Source of the DNA: a virus
Taxonomy: Duplodnaviria; Caudoviricetes
IMG/VR virus record: IMGVR_UViG_3300020154_000006
Location: 1 to 48,758 of that record
Reading direction: 5' to 3' (one strand)
Length of the DNA: 48,758 nt
The stretch's first letter is position 1. Every line of letters starts with the position of its first letter. A program made the position numbers and the translations under genes. Positions 38,037-47,876 of the stretch are shown piece by piece. The notes below the pieces were generated by a model, which saw only the letters and a list, made by a program, of their open reading frames with translations, made no database searches and had not been told where the DNA came from.

Positions 38037-40142
38037 ATGCCCTACACGCCGCCGGCCGGCGATGCGGTCGAGTTAATATTCGCCGGCCCCTATACGCCGC
38101 CTGCCGGCGATGCGGTAGCGCTCGATTTCAACCCCCCGCCGCCGAATACCGCCACGGCCTCAATCGACGGCACGCTGGACAGCGTGGTCGGCGTTATCGG
38201 CGCCACCGTTCATGCGCCGGTCCTTATCGACGGCCTGCTGGACGATGTCACCGGCGCCGTCACCGGCGTGGCGCTGGCAGCCGCGACCCTTGAAGGCCAG
38301 TTGGACGACGCCGGCGGCGACGTGGCAGCCTATCCGATCGGCCCGGCCAGCCTCGACGGCCTGCTGGACGATACCACCGGCCTGATCGCGACGGTCGGCG
38401 GCGTCAATGCCACGCTCTCGGCGACGCTGGACGACGTGTCGGCAGTGATCGAGGCCGACTGGAGCGCGGGCGTTTTTCGCGGGCTCACGGCCAGCCGGTC
38501 GGCGGTTTTTGAGACGACGCAAACGCGCGCCGAACGACAGTTCACGGGCGGCATCCGTCAGGCCGCCGAGCAACGGCCGATGATCCGCGGCGCCTGGCAA
38601 CCAGCCGACGCCGTGCCGGCCGAGTGGGCTGGACGCTGGTCCGAAGTCGCGCGCAAGCGCCTGGCCATGACCAGCGGCTGGGATTTTGTGCCGGCCCGCC
38701 AAGCCCAAGCGGCCGGCGCTTACCGCGCCTCGCCACGCCGGGCTATCGCCGCCCAGGCGGATTGGCAGATCGCCGGCGCATTGGCTCGCGCGTTGCTCGA
38801 CACCTACCGCAGTCCGCCGAGACGGGACCTGAGTCCCGTTTTTGGCTATACGGCCGCCCGCCCGGTCGCCGGCGACTGGCTGGCCGGTTACGGCCTGGCC
38901 ACCGTGACCGACCGGCGCTGGTCCGTGCTGCCCTGGGAGATCGCCAACCCGCACAGCTGGATCTGGGGCGGCTGGCATTACCCGCCGCCGGAACCGCAGC
39001 CCCCTTACGCCGGATCGCCCGACCTGGTCTTCTATCAGCCGATGGAGGATTTCACCGGCGGCGCCATCCTGGAATTGAACCGCCCGTGCTATGCCTGGTC
39101 GCTGGTCCGGCGGCACACGACTATTAATAAAGGAGTCACGATTGTGCTGCATACCGTCAACGTCACCCGTCTGCCCGATCTAGTCAATGTGCCGGCCTTG
39201 TCGGCCTCGCTGCAATTCGACATCGACAGCTGGGCCTGGGGCGTCACGCTTAACCTGCGCGGCCCGCAGGCCATGGCGCTGCTGGAGCCGGTCAACGGCG
39301 AGCCGCGTCAGGTTCGCGTCGAGATCGATGGCCTCTATGTCACGGCCATGATCGAATCCTGGGGCGAGCGCCGCCAGTTCGGCGAAACCGTCTACACGGC
39401 CACGGGTCGCTCGCCGCTGGCGCTGCTGGCTCAGCCCTTCGCGCCGCTCCGGTCCTACCTGGAAACCAGCCAGAAAACAGCGGCCCAGCTGATCGACCGC
39501 GAGCTGCTCAATACCGGCTGGAGCGCGTCCTATCATGCCAGCCTGCTGCAGCTGTTCACGACCGACTGGCTGGTGCCGGCCGGCGCCTGGAGTTACCAGA
39601 ACAAAGCGCCGATCGACGCCATTGTCCAGATCGCCCGCGCCGCCGGCGCCCGAGCGTTCGCCGACCGCAATGCCGGCCTGGTGCACATTGCCCCTCGCTA
39701 TCCGGTCAGCCCGTGGAATTGGGCTACGGCCACGCCCGACAAAACCATCCCGCTGGGCCTGATCCGATCGATCAATACCCAGCTCAGCCCGCAGCCGGAT
39801 TACAACCAGGTCTATGTCTCGGGCCAGCACCAGGGCGTTCTGGTCGCGGTCAAACGCCAGGGCACGGCGGGCGACCAGCCGGCGCCCATGATTACGGACA
39901 GCCTGATCACTTACGTCAATGCCGGGCGCGAACGCGGGCGCAACATACTGGCCAATACCGGCCGGCAGGCTCGCGTTACCCTGGATCTGCCGATCAACGA
40001 GATCACCGGGCTGCTGGAGCCGGGGCAGCTGGTCGAAGTTTCGGACGATATCCCCTGGCGGGGGCTCGTGACCGGCATCAACGTCACCGGCGAGCACGGC
40101 GCCGCCGGACAACAGGTGGAAATCGAGAGGCATTATTCATGA
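38037..40142 (+). CDS. Tail hub/baseplate-like protein with N-terminal repeats
   Basis: Duplicated PYTPPAGDAV, repeated G.LDD..G units; DIDSWAW, DWLVPAGAWSY, YNQVYVSG and VKRQGTAGD motifs. Confidence 0.82.
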   Translation: MPYTPPAGDAVELIFAGPYTPPAGDAVALDFNPPPPNTATASIDGTLDSVVGVIGATVHAPVLIDGLLDDVTGAVTGVALAAATLEGQLDDAGGDVAAYPIGPASLDGLLDDTTGLIATVGGVNATLSATLDDVSAVIEADWSAGVFRGLTASRSAVFETTQTRAERQFTGGIRQAAEQRPMIRGAWQPADAVPAEWAGRWSEVARKRLAMTSGWDFVPARQAQAAGAYRASPRRAIAAQADWQIAGALARALLDTYRSPPRRDLSPVFGYTAARPVAGDWLAGYGLATVTDRRWSVLPWEIANPHSWIWGGWHYPPPEPQPPYAGSPDLVFYQPMEDFTGGAILELNRPCYAWSLVRRHTTINKGVTIVLHTVNVTRLPDLVNVPALSASLQFDIDSWAWGVTLNLRGPQAMALLEPVNGEPRQVRVEIDGLYVTAMIESWGERRQFGETVYTATGRSPLALLAQPFAPLRSYLETSQKTAAQLIDRELLNTGWSASYHASLLQLFTTDWLVPAGAWSYQNKAPIDAIVQIARAAGARAFADRNAGLVHIAPRYPVSPWNWATATPDKTIPLGLIRSINTQLSPQPDYNQVYVSGQHQGVLVAVKRQGTAGDQPAPMITDSLITYVNAGRERGRNILANTGRQARVTLDLPINEITGLLEPGQLVEVSDDIPWRGLVTGINVTGEHGAAGQQVEIERHYS

Positions 40143-40381
40143 ATTTATACCAACAGTTCCAGGCGCTGATCCCCAGAGCCAGCCAGATCATCGCGACCGT
40201 GCAGACCGAGCACGCCGACGGCACGACCAGCTGCCTGACGCTGGACAATCAACCTATTCGCGTGCGGGGCGTGAACAGTCGAATCGCCGGCGCTAAAGTG
40301 TTTATCGAGATCGATCCGGCGCTGGGGGCGTCGATCCTCGGCGATGCGCCGGATTTGCCGGGGTATTCGGTAGAGGTCTAA
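40139..40381 (+). CDS. Small terminal tail protein
   Basis: MNLYQQFQALIP...IRVRG...GAKVFI...GDAPDLP. Confidence 0.75.
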   Translation: MNLYQQFQALIPRASQIIATVQTEHADGTTSCLTLDNQPIRVRGVNSRIAGAKVFIEIDPALGASILGDAPDLPGYSVEV

Positions 40382-40446
40382 GCTGCGTTAAATACTGCTA
40401 AATTTTCGTTAAACGAGGAAAGTTGCGTGCGGTTTTTAAAAAATGT

Positions 40447-40472
40447 TGTGCCAAATATCGCGCAAATCTACA
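40447..40472. repeat. Internal copy of the right terminus
   Basis: TGTGCCAAATATCGCGCAAATCTACA differs by 1 nt from the terminal 26 bp (40649-40674). Confidence 0.9.
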
Positions 40473-40626
40473 GGAGCTTTGATGCTTGCACGGTCGGCAA
40501 TAAATACTATATCCGGGAGTACAAGATCGATGGAGGCGCCGAACATGGCGCAGAATGAGGCGGCTATTTAATCAAAGCTAGATTTGCAGAATAAGTAATT
40601 AAATTACATTATTTGCAATTAAGAAT

Positions 40627-40674
40627 TGTGCCAAATATCGCGCAAATCTGTGCCAAATATCGCGCAAACCTACA
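40627..40674. repeat. Right-end putative transposase binding sites (22-bp tandem repeat) and terminal CA
   Basis: TGTGCCAAATATCGCGCAAA occurs twice at a 22-bp period and ends in CCTACA. Confidence 0.9.
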
Positions 40675-40680
40675 TCTTAT
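40675..40680 (+). repeat. Right target-site duplication TCTTAT
   Basis: Matches 793-798. Confidence 0.9.
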
Positions 40681-41193
40681 CTGACTGATGCCCAGATAAA
40701 GGAATTAATCAGTCAGGTTAAATTGAGTAAAAATGAAAGTCTTCTCTTTGTCGTTTTGATCTGCCTGGTAACGGGTGCAAGATGGTCTGAAGCTGAAGGT
40801 TTGACTGCTGCCAATTGCATTAACCAGGGCTTTCAATTTATCGATACCAAGAACGGTCAATCTAGGTTTGTTCCGGTTGAAAGATCTGTTTTTCTTCAGG
40901 TAAAAAATCGGCTCAATCAAAAGCCTTTCCAGTCCTGTTACAGTGCCTACCGATCCGCCTTTAAACGTACCGGCTTTAAAGTTCCTGATGGCCAGCTCGC
41001 CCATATATTACGCCATACATTCGCCAGCCATTTTGTCATGAAAGGCGGTAATATCGTTGCTCTGCAAAAGATTCTTGGCCATTCAAGTTTAAATATTACT
41101 ATGCGGTATTCTCACTTGGCCCCGGATTATCTTCTTCAGGCGGTCGATCTGAATCCTTTGGCTGATCCATTGAATAACCTTATACCAGGTTAA
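40675..41193 (+). pseudogene. int: Tyrosine integrase, C-terminal catalytic part
   Basis: Reads SYLTDAQIKELISQVKLSKNE...; TGARWSE, HILRHTFASHF, ILGHS and TMRYSHL are all intact. Confidence 0.93.
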
Positions 41194-41254
41194 GGTTATT
41201 GGATGAGAAACAGTAGAAAAGTGGAAAGAATGTGGAAAGCTTTTTGATAGGCAT

Positions 41255-41288
41255 AAAAAAACCAGTTGACCGTGAAGTCTAACTGGTT
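41255..41288 (-). terminator. Terminator-like hairpin downstream of the tRNA-derived att site
   Basis: AACCAGTTGAC-CGTGAA-GTCTAACTGGTT with an A7 run on the left (U-tail on the minus strand). Confidence 0.6.
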
Positions 41289-41305
41289 GATTCGTTTGGT
41301 TTTGT

Positions 41306-41353
41306 TGGTGGGTCGTGTGCGATTCGAACGCACGACCATCGCATTAAAAGTGC
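41306..41353 (-). other. 3' half of tRNA-Lys(UUU), att-site duplicate
   Basis: Minus strand GCACTTTTAATGCGATGGTCGTGCGTTCGAATCGCACACGACCCACCA has the anticodon loop, T-arm and CCA; the 5' half is absent. Confidence 0.88.
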
Positions 41354-41602
41354 TATATTGACTTGTAAGTTTTTGAATTAACTGAACTAAAACAAATAGC
41401 CCTCACGTTGCCTTGTCTATTTGTGCATATGTTTGTTTATACGAATTACCCAGATTTTACCCAGTTGTTATCCACGTTAGCATCAAAAGCACAAGCAGCT
41501 TTTTTGATGACACAACGACCATTGTAAACAACTATACTGGCTGAGAAATCAACGATTACACCGTAACGGCTTGCTGTTGATTATCACCATGGAGCATTTA
41601 AA

Positions 41603-43132
41603 TTGTACTTACCTAATCCTATTAATTTTCCGGTCGACGATCTCCCTCTGCTGATTAGACACGCCGTGAGTGAGATGCAATGGAATACCCGATTTCCGCT
41701 GCCGCTCATTGTTTCATCGGCTTTGGGCGCAATTTCGCTCGCCTGCCAGAACTCCATTGATGTCCACCCCCCAATCGGATCGGCTTCGCCTTGTTCTTTA
41801 TTCATGTTGCTGGTCGCGGACTCGGGTGAAGGTAAAACACCATCCGATCATTATTTCACCCAGCCGATTAGGGACTTTGAGGAAAATGAAGCCAGGAAAG
41901 CAGAGTTGGCATTGTCTGAAGAAAAGGCTTATCGGAGTACATGGGCGATTGAGCTTAAGGTAATTGAAGCCGCTCTCAAAAAGAACAGAAAAAAAAGTTT
42001 ATCCACTGATAAGCCCGAACAGATTGATCTACTCAACGTGGAGTTCGAAAATCTCCAGCAAAAATTGCAAGCTCATTTATCAAAAGAGCCTCGACCGCAG
42101 ACGAAGTATAAATTGCTGCATAGCAATACTACGCCGGCCAAGATTGCGTTGGATTTGTATGAAAATTGGCCCTCTGCTTGCCTGATTTCAGATGAAGCGG
42201 GTAGCCTCTTCCGAGGTGAAGCCATGAGGGATTTAGGCATGCTGAACCAGTTGTGGGATGGCACGCCGCTAAATGTAGATCGCGTCAGTTCGCCTAGCTT
42301 TAAAGTAAGAGATGCCAGATTGACTATTTCCCTAATGGTTCAAGGCCAAATATTAACTAATTACCTAAAGGGACGTGGCAAAGACGCGCGAGACATTGGC
42401 TTTATTGCACGGTGTCTGGTTGCCTTTCCATTTTCGACCAAGGGTTCAAGAATGGTGAATAATCAGCCCCAGTCATGGCACAACCTAACGGCATTCCAGC
42501 AGCGCATTACAGACATATTAACTCAGAATAAATTAGAGGCAGATCAAGGCAGGCAAACGAGACGTATCCTGGAGTTTTCACAAGAGGCAAAAAACCATTG
42601 GATCGACTTTCGTAATCAAATCGAATTGGATCTCAATGCGGGAAGATATTTGTCTGACGTTGCTGATGGTGCTTCAAAAATTGCCCTCAATCTTGCTCGA
42701 ATGGCCGCTTTGTTTCACTTTTTTGAAGGCCGTGACGGCGAGATTTCCGCTGAAACCCTAAACTCTGCAAGATCAATTTGTAACTGGTACATGCACGAGT
42801 TCAAACGTCTATTCACAAAAAATCCGGAGGTTCCCATTGAGGTTTCTGATGCCAATGATCTAGAGCAGTTTCTAGTAAGATGGTACCAAAATCATCCTGG
42901 TATGATAGCTATTCAAAAGAGCCATATCGCACAATATGGCCCTAGCCAACTTCGCAAAAACGCCTATAGACGTAAGGCTGCTCTAAATGCGCTTGTTTAT
43001 CACAATAAAATCCGAATACAGCCACAAGGAAAAACGCAATGGGTCGAATTTAATCTGAATTTCTTGCCAACATCGAGAAACACTAATGCGCAATTTACCG
43101 GAATGCCATACCCAATAAATAACGATGTGTAG
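41603..43132 (+). CDS. YfjI / DUF3987 family P-loop protein
   Basis: ALGAISLACQ, SLFMLLVADSGEGKT, LISDEAG, LWDG..LNVDR, GFIARCL and ARMAALFHFF motifs; TTG start after GGAG. Confidence 0.88.
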   Translation: MYLPNPINFPVDDLPLLIRHAVSEMQWNTRFPLPLIVSSALGAISLACQNSIDVHPPIGSASPCSLFMLLVADSGEGKTPSDHYFTQPIRDFEENEARKAELALSEEKAYRSTWAIELKVIEAALKKNRKKSLSTDKPEQIDLLNVEFENLQQKLQAHLSKEPRPQTKYKLLHSNTTPAKIALDLYENWPSACLISDEAGSLFRGEAMRDLGMLNQLWDGTPLNVDRVSSPSFKVRDARLTISLMVQGQILTNYLKGRGKDARDIGFIARCLVAFPFSTKGSRMVNNQPQSWHNLTAFQQRITDILTQNKLEADQGRQTRRILEFSQEAKNHWIDFRNQIELDLNAGRYLSDVADGASKIALNLARMAALFHFFEGRDGEISAETLNSARSICNWYMHEFKRLFTKNPEVPIEVSDANDLEQFLVRWYQNHPGMIAIQKSHIAQYGPSQLRKNAYRRKAALNALVYHNKIRIQPQGKTQWVEFNLNFLPTSRNTNAQFTGMPYPINNDV

Positions 43133-43288
43133 TAGTTCCAACTCGATCTGATAGCTGCCAAAATTAGTCTCGGTTGAGTCTGACATTGACAGGCTGAATG
43201 CGACCCTAAACTGCCATACACCTTTCTCCAAAGCGGCCGCATGCCCAAGTATCGTTTTTTGGTTTCGCTTCTACGAAGCGGCCTTTCG

Positions 43289-43332
43289 TGGTCTCTGGCA
43301 GTTGGCCAAAAGCGGACGACTGCCAGAGACCA
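43289..43332. repeat. Perfect 14-bp inverted repeat with 16-nt loop
   Basis: TGGTCTCTGGCAGT / ACTGCCAGAGACCA. Confidence 0.85.
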
Positions 43333-43713
43333 TCAGTGACAGCAATAGAATGAGTACCTGCCTGTGGGTTAAGCTATGGATGCTTGATTGCAAGACCCCT
43401 TTGCTTGTGCTTCACAAACAAGACACTCAAACCTTTCAAATACGAGTTCTTGCCATAAAGTCCAGATCAAGTACTGAGTCAGTACGCTTAAGGATTTGAA
43501 ATAATCGTATTAACCTATGGTGCTAGTTGTGTTTTGACCCTATCAATCAATGTATTGCGAGAGTGATTTCTACTTGAATAGTTAGCCAGATAATTCGTAT
43601 GTCATTGATTTTTATTGACACACCATTCACCAACTAGCACCAAAAGTTATTAAGTAGGGTTTATGATGGTATATTGTGCTACCGTTTGGTTAGACTATTC
43701 AAAGTAGATTGAT

Positions 43714-44163
43714 ATGTTATTTGTCCTTGCTTTAATATTTGCAATACCAACTTTTGGGTTATCTATTGTTTCACTATTTGTATATCACTATTTTAGAGTG
43801 AAATCTTTTAGAAGAACAATGGAATATGTAATTGTTGATTTAGCTTTTACTCCCAAATTTCACTCTGCACTGATAGAAGAAATAAAACATATAGATGCTT
43901 TCGTTTATGCTGAAGAGGTAGGTGAAAATATTTCTAAGAAAGGCGATATAGTAAAATTTACAGTTAACTTGGATGGGTTAAGTTATTCTATAGAGCTTGA
44001 ACGAGAACCATTAGGTAAAAAAGCAATTATATCTTCAAAGCTCATATTTTCTTCTATGAATTTTTGGGAAACGTATGATATTTTAGAAAATCAGTTATCT
44101 TCCGGTAAGATTCCTAAAAAAGAATACGATAGAAGAATAGACTTTTTGAATGACTATGCCTAA
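43714..44163 (+). CDS. Hypothetical membrane-anchored protein (possible SHOCT-like C-terminus)
   Basis: N-terminal hydrophobic hairpin; LSSGKIPKKEYDRR; very AT-rich. Confidence 0.65.
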   Translation: MLFVLALIFAIPTFGLSIVSLFVYHYFRVKSFRRTMEYVIVDLAFTPKFHSALIEEIKHIDAFVYAEEVGENISKKGDIVKFTVNLDGLSYSIELEREPLGKKAIISSKLIFSSMNFWETYDILENQLSSGKIPKKEYDRRIDFLNDYA

Positions 44164-44289
44164 GTAACTATAAAAATATAGTTTTTGTTATTCTGGTTGC
44201 TCTAAAGACCATTGATGCTTTTATAAACGAAGCAGAAGAATAGGAAGATAAAAAAGATAATGACTAGCGCCGGAGGGTGTCACCTGGAT

Positions 44290-45087
44290 TTACTTTTTAA
44301 GTTCATGTTCTTCGGTATCTACCAGCAAAACCCGCTTCGGGTAATACCCTAATTCATGGTCATACAATTCAGATTGAACCTGCTTCCAACTTGAAAGGTA
44401 CCCCATTTCACTTATCCAGTCCCATGGATCTGAATAGACTTTAGCTTCCATGTCAAACTTGGGAATGTATGTTGTGTCATTGCTATCTTGTTGAGCAAAA
44501 GCAATATTTGGACACTGAGCTAGACAACGTACAGGTACTGTTTCTTTGAATTCATGAATTTTTTGAAAAGTTCTGCATCCTCGCCTAGAGATTGCTTTCT
44601 TCACATTCTTTAATGGAGTTACAGTGCATCCTAGTTTTTGATAATCAATTGGTAAAGAGCAGTTCCATTTTTTAGGATAATCGTTAGGCTCCAAATGATT
44701 ATAAAAAGCATATAAAGGTATAGCCTTGTTTGCTCGAGCATATTCTTCGAGTATTTTATGTTGAGCCACTGAGCTAGAGCCTGTACCAACTTTATGATTT
44801 AGTGATGAATATCTTCCTGATTTAAAATCTAATTTCTTTGCTTGTACCGCATATCTCAGATATCCGGCTTTACGGTTTCCAATCCACCACTCCCAATCAG
44901 TTCCCTTGATAGGTTCTAAGTTTTTTGGCGTTTGGATTATTTTTATACTCGAAATATTCTGAGATGCTAAATAAAGCAAGATATTATCAGTCAGCGTTTC
45001 TTCACCCTGTGAAATTCCAAAGGCTTTAGAGTTCTGTAGGCGATTCCATATATCATCACACACTGCATTGAAATGATGTTGAAGCAC
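44290..45087 (-). CDS. DUF6615-like PD-(D/E)xK-type nuclease candidate
   Basis: GEETLTDNILL, EPIKGTDWEWWIG, AVQAKKL and PLYAFYN motifs; AAGGAG RBS, GTG start. Confidence 0.75.
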   Translation of the reverse strand: MLQHHFNAVCDDIWNRLQNSKAFGISQGEETLTDNILLYLASQNISSIKIIQTPKNLEPIKGTDWEWWIGNRKAGYLRYAVQAKKLDFKSGRYSSLNHKVGTGSSSVAQHKILEEYARANKAIPLYAFYNHLEPNDYPKKWNCSLPIDYQKLGCTVTPLKNVKKAISRRGCRTFQKIHEFKETVPVRCLAQCPNIAFAQQDSNDTTYIPKFDMEAKVYSDPWDWISEMGYLSSWKQVQSELYDHELGYYPKRVLLVDTEEHELKK

Positions 45088-45817
45088 GTACTCTCCTTGT
45101 GAATTTCAAGTTATTAAGCTGTTATCAGTATATCTACCTAACATTTTCTTTTGACATGCTAATTTGTTGATTAGGGGAGAATTTTTCCTTCTGTATATCA
45201 TTATATCATTGATGTCAGTTAATTATGGCTGGTAATGATCCAATTGCTGCCATTTAATCATGTTAAGCGATAGACAACAACGGGTCGCTCGGCGACCGTC
45301 CGCTCTTCAGATTCATCGCCGGAAAGCTGTCATTGAATTCCGACTCCTGAAAGCGGTCGTTCGTCACTGAGTCCAACCGACCCTTGTCAGCCGTTCTACC
45401 GATATTTCCGGATGTCCGCATATTATTTCAAAGCAGGCAGACAAAGTTAGCTTTCATCAAAGCTCAAAATCCAACGGACTCTTAGCGTGCTTAATCGTGA
45501 CGCTTTGCACAGTATGAGCATAGATCATCGTGGTTTTTAGAGCTAAATCAGGAGGAATTGCCAACATCGTCATGATCTCTGGAACTTTATATCATGAAAT
45601 TTTATGGTGATATACAGCGAGCCGACTTGACTAATATCCCAAATTTAATAACTAACATCGAAAATTAGTTGACTATAGAAAAAAAGCAGCGTAGATATGC
45701 GGAGACCATATAATCATTTGTTAGCATGTTAGAATTTGAGAGTCGGGCCCATTCTCTTCATGCATCGCCGTCTGTTCGTCAGCATGAATCCACCTTTGAT
45801 TATTAGGAGGACTTTCG

Positions 45818-47365
45818 ATGGAAACGTACTTTGCTACCCCAGATCCGACCCTGCTGTTGTCGAGTGACGGTATCATCGTTGCTCGTGCGCCAGGGCTGGA
45901 GGTTCGTGACCCGACGCGCGAGGAGTTGCCAGAAGTGCTGGCCGCAGCTTTCGGTCGCGTAATGGACGCGGTGGACCACGTATCGCTCCCGCAGCCTATG
46001 ATGCCACTGCTGAAGTCAGAGCACGACCTGTACGAGAAAACGAGGCGCATTTTCGAAAAAATACCAGAGCTCGGTGAGTTTTATGAGTTCGCGTTCGCGA
46101 TCAGCGATCTCATGGGATGGACGCAAACGCATGACCCGCTTCTGGAGCAGGTGAAGGCGATGGACAATCTGCTGCACAGCTACTTTAAGTTCGTCGATCA
46201 GCAGATGTTCGCCGGCTGGTCCGCGACACGCTTGGCCATGCTCGCAGACGTTCAAGCGCTCGCCTACGCGGCCCGCGAAACCATCCGAAGTATCGTCCAG
46301 AACGAAGACGATCTTCAAGCACCACTCACGATCGCTCGGCTCGCACACGCCGACAGCAACTCGTTGCAGGCAGTTGGCACCTTTGTCGCTGCACCCGGCT
46401 ACTGGCTCCGTCCTTACTCGGAGGCTGCAATCGGCCTTGACGCGTGGGGCACGAAGATCGACGACCGCACACCGTTGGAACTCGACGGAACCGTCTGGGA
46501 TCCCCGGCTCGCGCTGCCCACGCTACTCTACGCCCTCACCGTTCGGGTCATCGTGCTGAAGGCCCTCTACTCGAACAAACGGAAATACTGCCACGAGATC
46601 AGGCAGTGGGTATCCTTTCTCCTCCAGATACAGATGAAGTGGCAGACGGGCATTCGTCGCAAGCTGAACTTGTCGGCGGACGAGTTTAAAATTGGGGCCG
46701 GCTTTTCCGTGCGCCCATTTGCAGCTGGTGCCGTGGATGTGTTCACCGGCAATTATGACCTCATCGATGTCGACTACGATGCGCTCAACTTGTATCAAGC
46801 ACTCGGCTTTTTTGCTGGCCCGCTGCCGCCTCATGTTGCTCCGATCCCGCCGGAGTTGGTCGCCCCTACCATCACGGCGGACGACATCGACATGCGATTT
46901 GTCACGGAATACCGTCCAATCCTCGAGAAGCAGGCCGCAGTCGCGTTTACACGCTTACGCTGGTCTACTGGGCTGCAGGCGTTCTCCGACACGATCAAGA
47001 GCCTCGGAGCGATCTGCGCTGCGTCCTTGGGGCAGCAGGCCGTTGTCGTCTATCGCGAGTCGTTATCGCTCGTGCGTGAGTCGAGCCACGGCCTTAAGCC
47101 GGCTGGCCCAGCCGACGAGGCCCAAGAGCAGGTGGAGCTGGCGCGGGCTCTCGCCCGCGTTACGCACTCGGGCAGCAACCGAACAGGCGCCGGGGCGATG
47201 GCGGATCGGTACGCACTCTACTGTCTGCTGAGTGAAGAGGATGGATCGCTGATCGCGGAGTTACGGGAACTGGTGGCGCGGCACCTGGATCGCGAGCAGC
47301 CATGGCGGGTCCGGCGAGAAAGCACGGGTGCAGCACAGGCAGCGCGAGAGCCTAAGACAACATGA
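45818..47365 (+). CDS. Hypothetical protein (515 aa, helical)
   Basis: AGGAGG RBS; long ORF, more GC-rich than its surroundings; no recognised family. Confidence 0.8.
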   Translation: METYFATPDPTLLLSSDGIIVARAPGLEVRDPTREELPEVLAAAFGRVMDAVDHVSLPQPMMPLLKSEHDLYEKTRRIFEKIPELGEFYEFAFAISDLMGWTQTHDPLLEQVKAMDNLLHSYFKFVDQQMFAGWSATRLAMLADVQALAYAARETIRSIVQNEDDLQAPLTIARLAHADSNSLQAVGTFVAAPGYWLRPYSEAAIGLDAWGTKIDDRTPLELDGTVWDPRLALPTLLYALTVRVIVLKALYSNKRKYCHEIRQWVSFLLQIQMKWQTGIRRKLNLSADEFKIGAGFSVRPFAAGAVDVFTGNYDLIDVDYDALNLYQALGFFAGPLPPHVAPIPPELVAPTITADDIDMRFVTEYRPILEKQAAVAFTRLRWSTGLQAFSDTIKSLGAICAASLGQQAVVVYRESLSLVRESSHGLKPAGPADEAQEQVELARALARVTHSGSNRTGAGAMADRYALYCLLSEEDGSLIAELRELVARHLDREQPWRVRRESTGAAQAAREPKTT

Positions 47366-47602
47366 ATGGGACGACTAATTGGGCAGTCAGGAGTGTTTAG
47401 CCCCCGGTACTGGGGAACGGTGTTGGGTCGAGCGATCATGCATTTGCTAACCAGCTCATACAGCCGGCGCCAAACAGCGGCACGACTGATGGGCATCGTT
47501 GAACGACAGCTTTCTGTATTGCAGCCGCCATTAGGTTGAAATTCCTGAATGTCTCTGATTGGCACACTACGGCAGGTGAGCTAACCGTCAATTAATTAAG
47601 TT

Positions 47603-47648
47603 ACCTCCGGCATAGCCGGAGGTTTATTAGGTTACGCCCTCAAAGGGC
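47603..47648. mobile_element. IS200/IS605-type end hairpin remnant
   Basis: ACCTCCGGC-ATA-GCCGGAGGT plus GCCCT-CAA-AGGGC; no adjacent tnpA. Confidence 0.5.
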
Positions 47649-47876
47649 TCTTATTGCGGCCAAACCGCCATTCATATCCAGCTTGATTGCTCAAAAATCG
47701 CATAGTATGAGCTATACTCACGGCCATGACCTCACTCGCTTCACTTGGCGTTTTTAGTCATTTTTTTAGTCATTTGGTTTTTTATATCAATTTGGATACA
47801 ATTTTCCATAAAATCGATTCGATTCCTCGGCGACTCACTCAGGTGCTTGCGCGAAATGGCCTGGCTAATTCAGGTG

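Noticed and set aside
41306-41353. Intact tRNA-Lys gene
   Set aside because: The 5' acceptor strand and D-arm are missing.
45130-45740. Integron cassette boundaries (GTTAG.. cores upstream of the two divergent cargo genes)
   Set aside because: No matching RYYYAAC or attC hairpin after either gene, and no IntI in the window.
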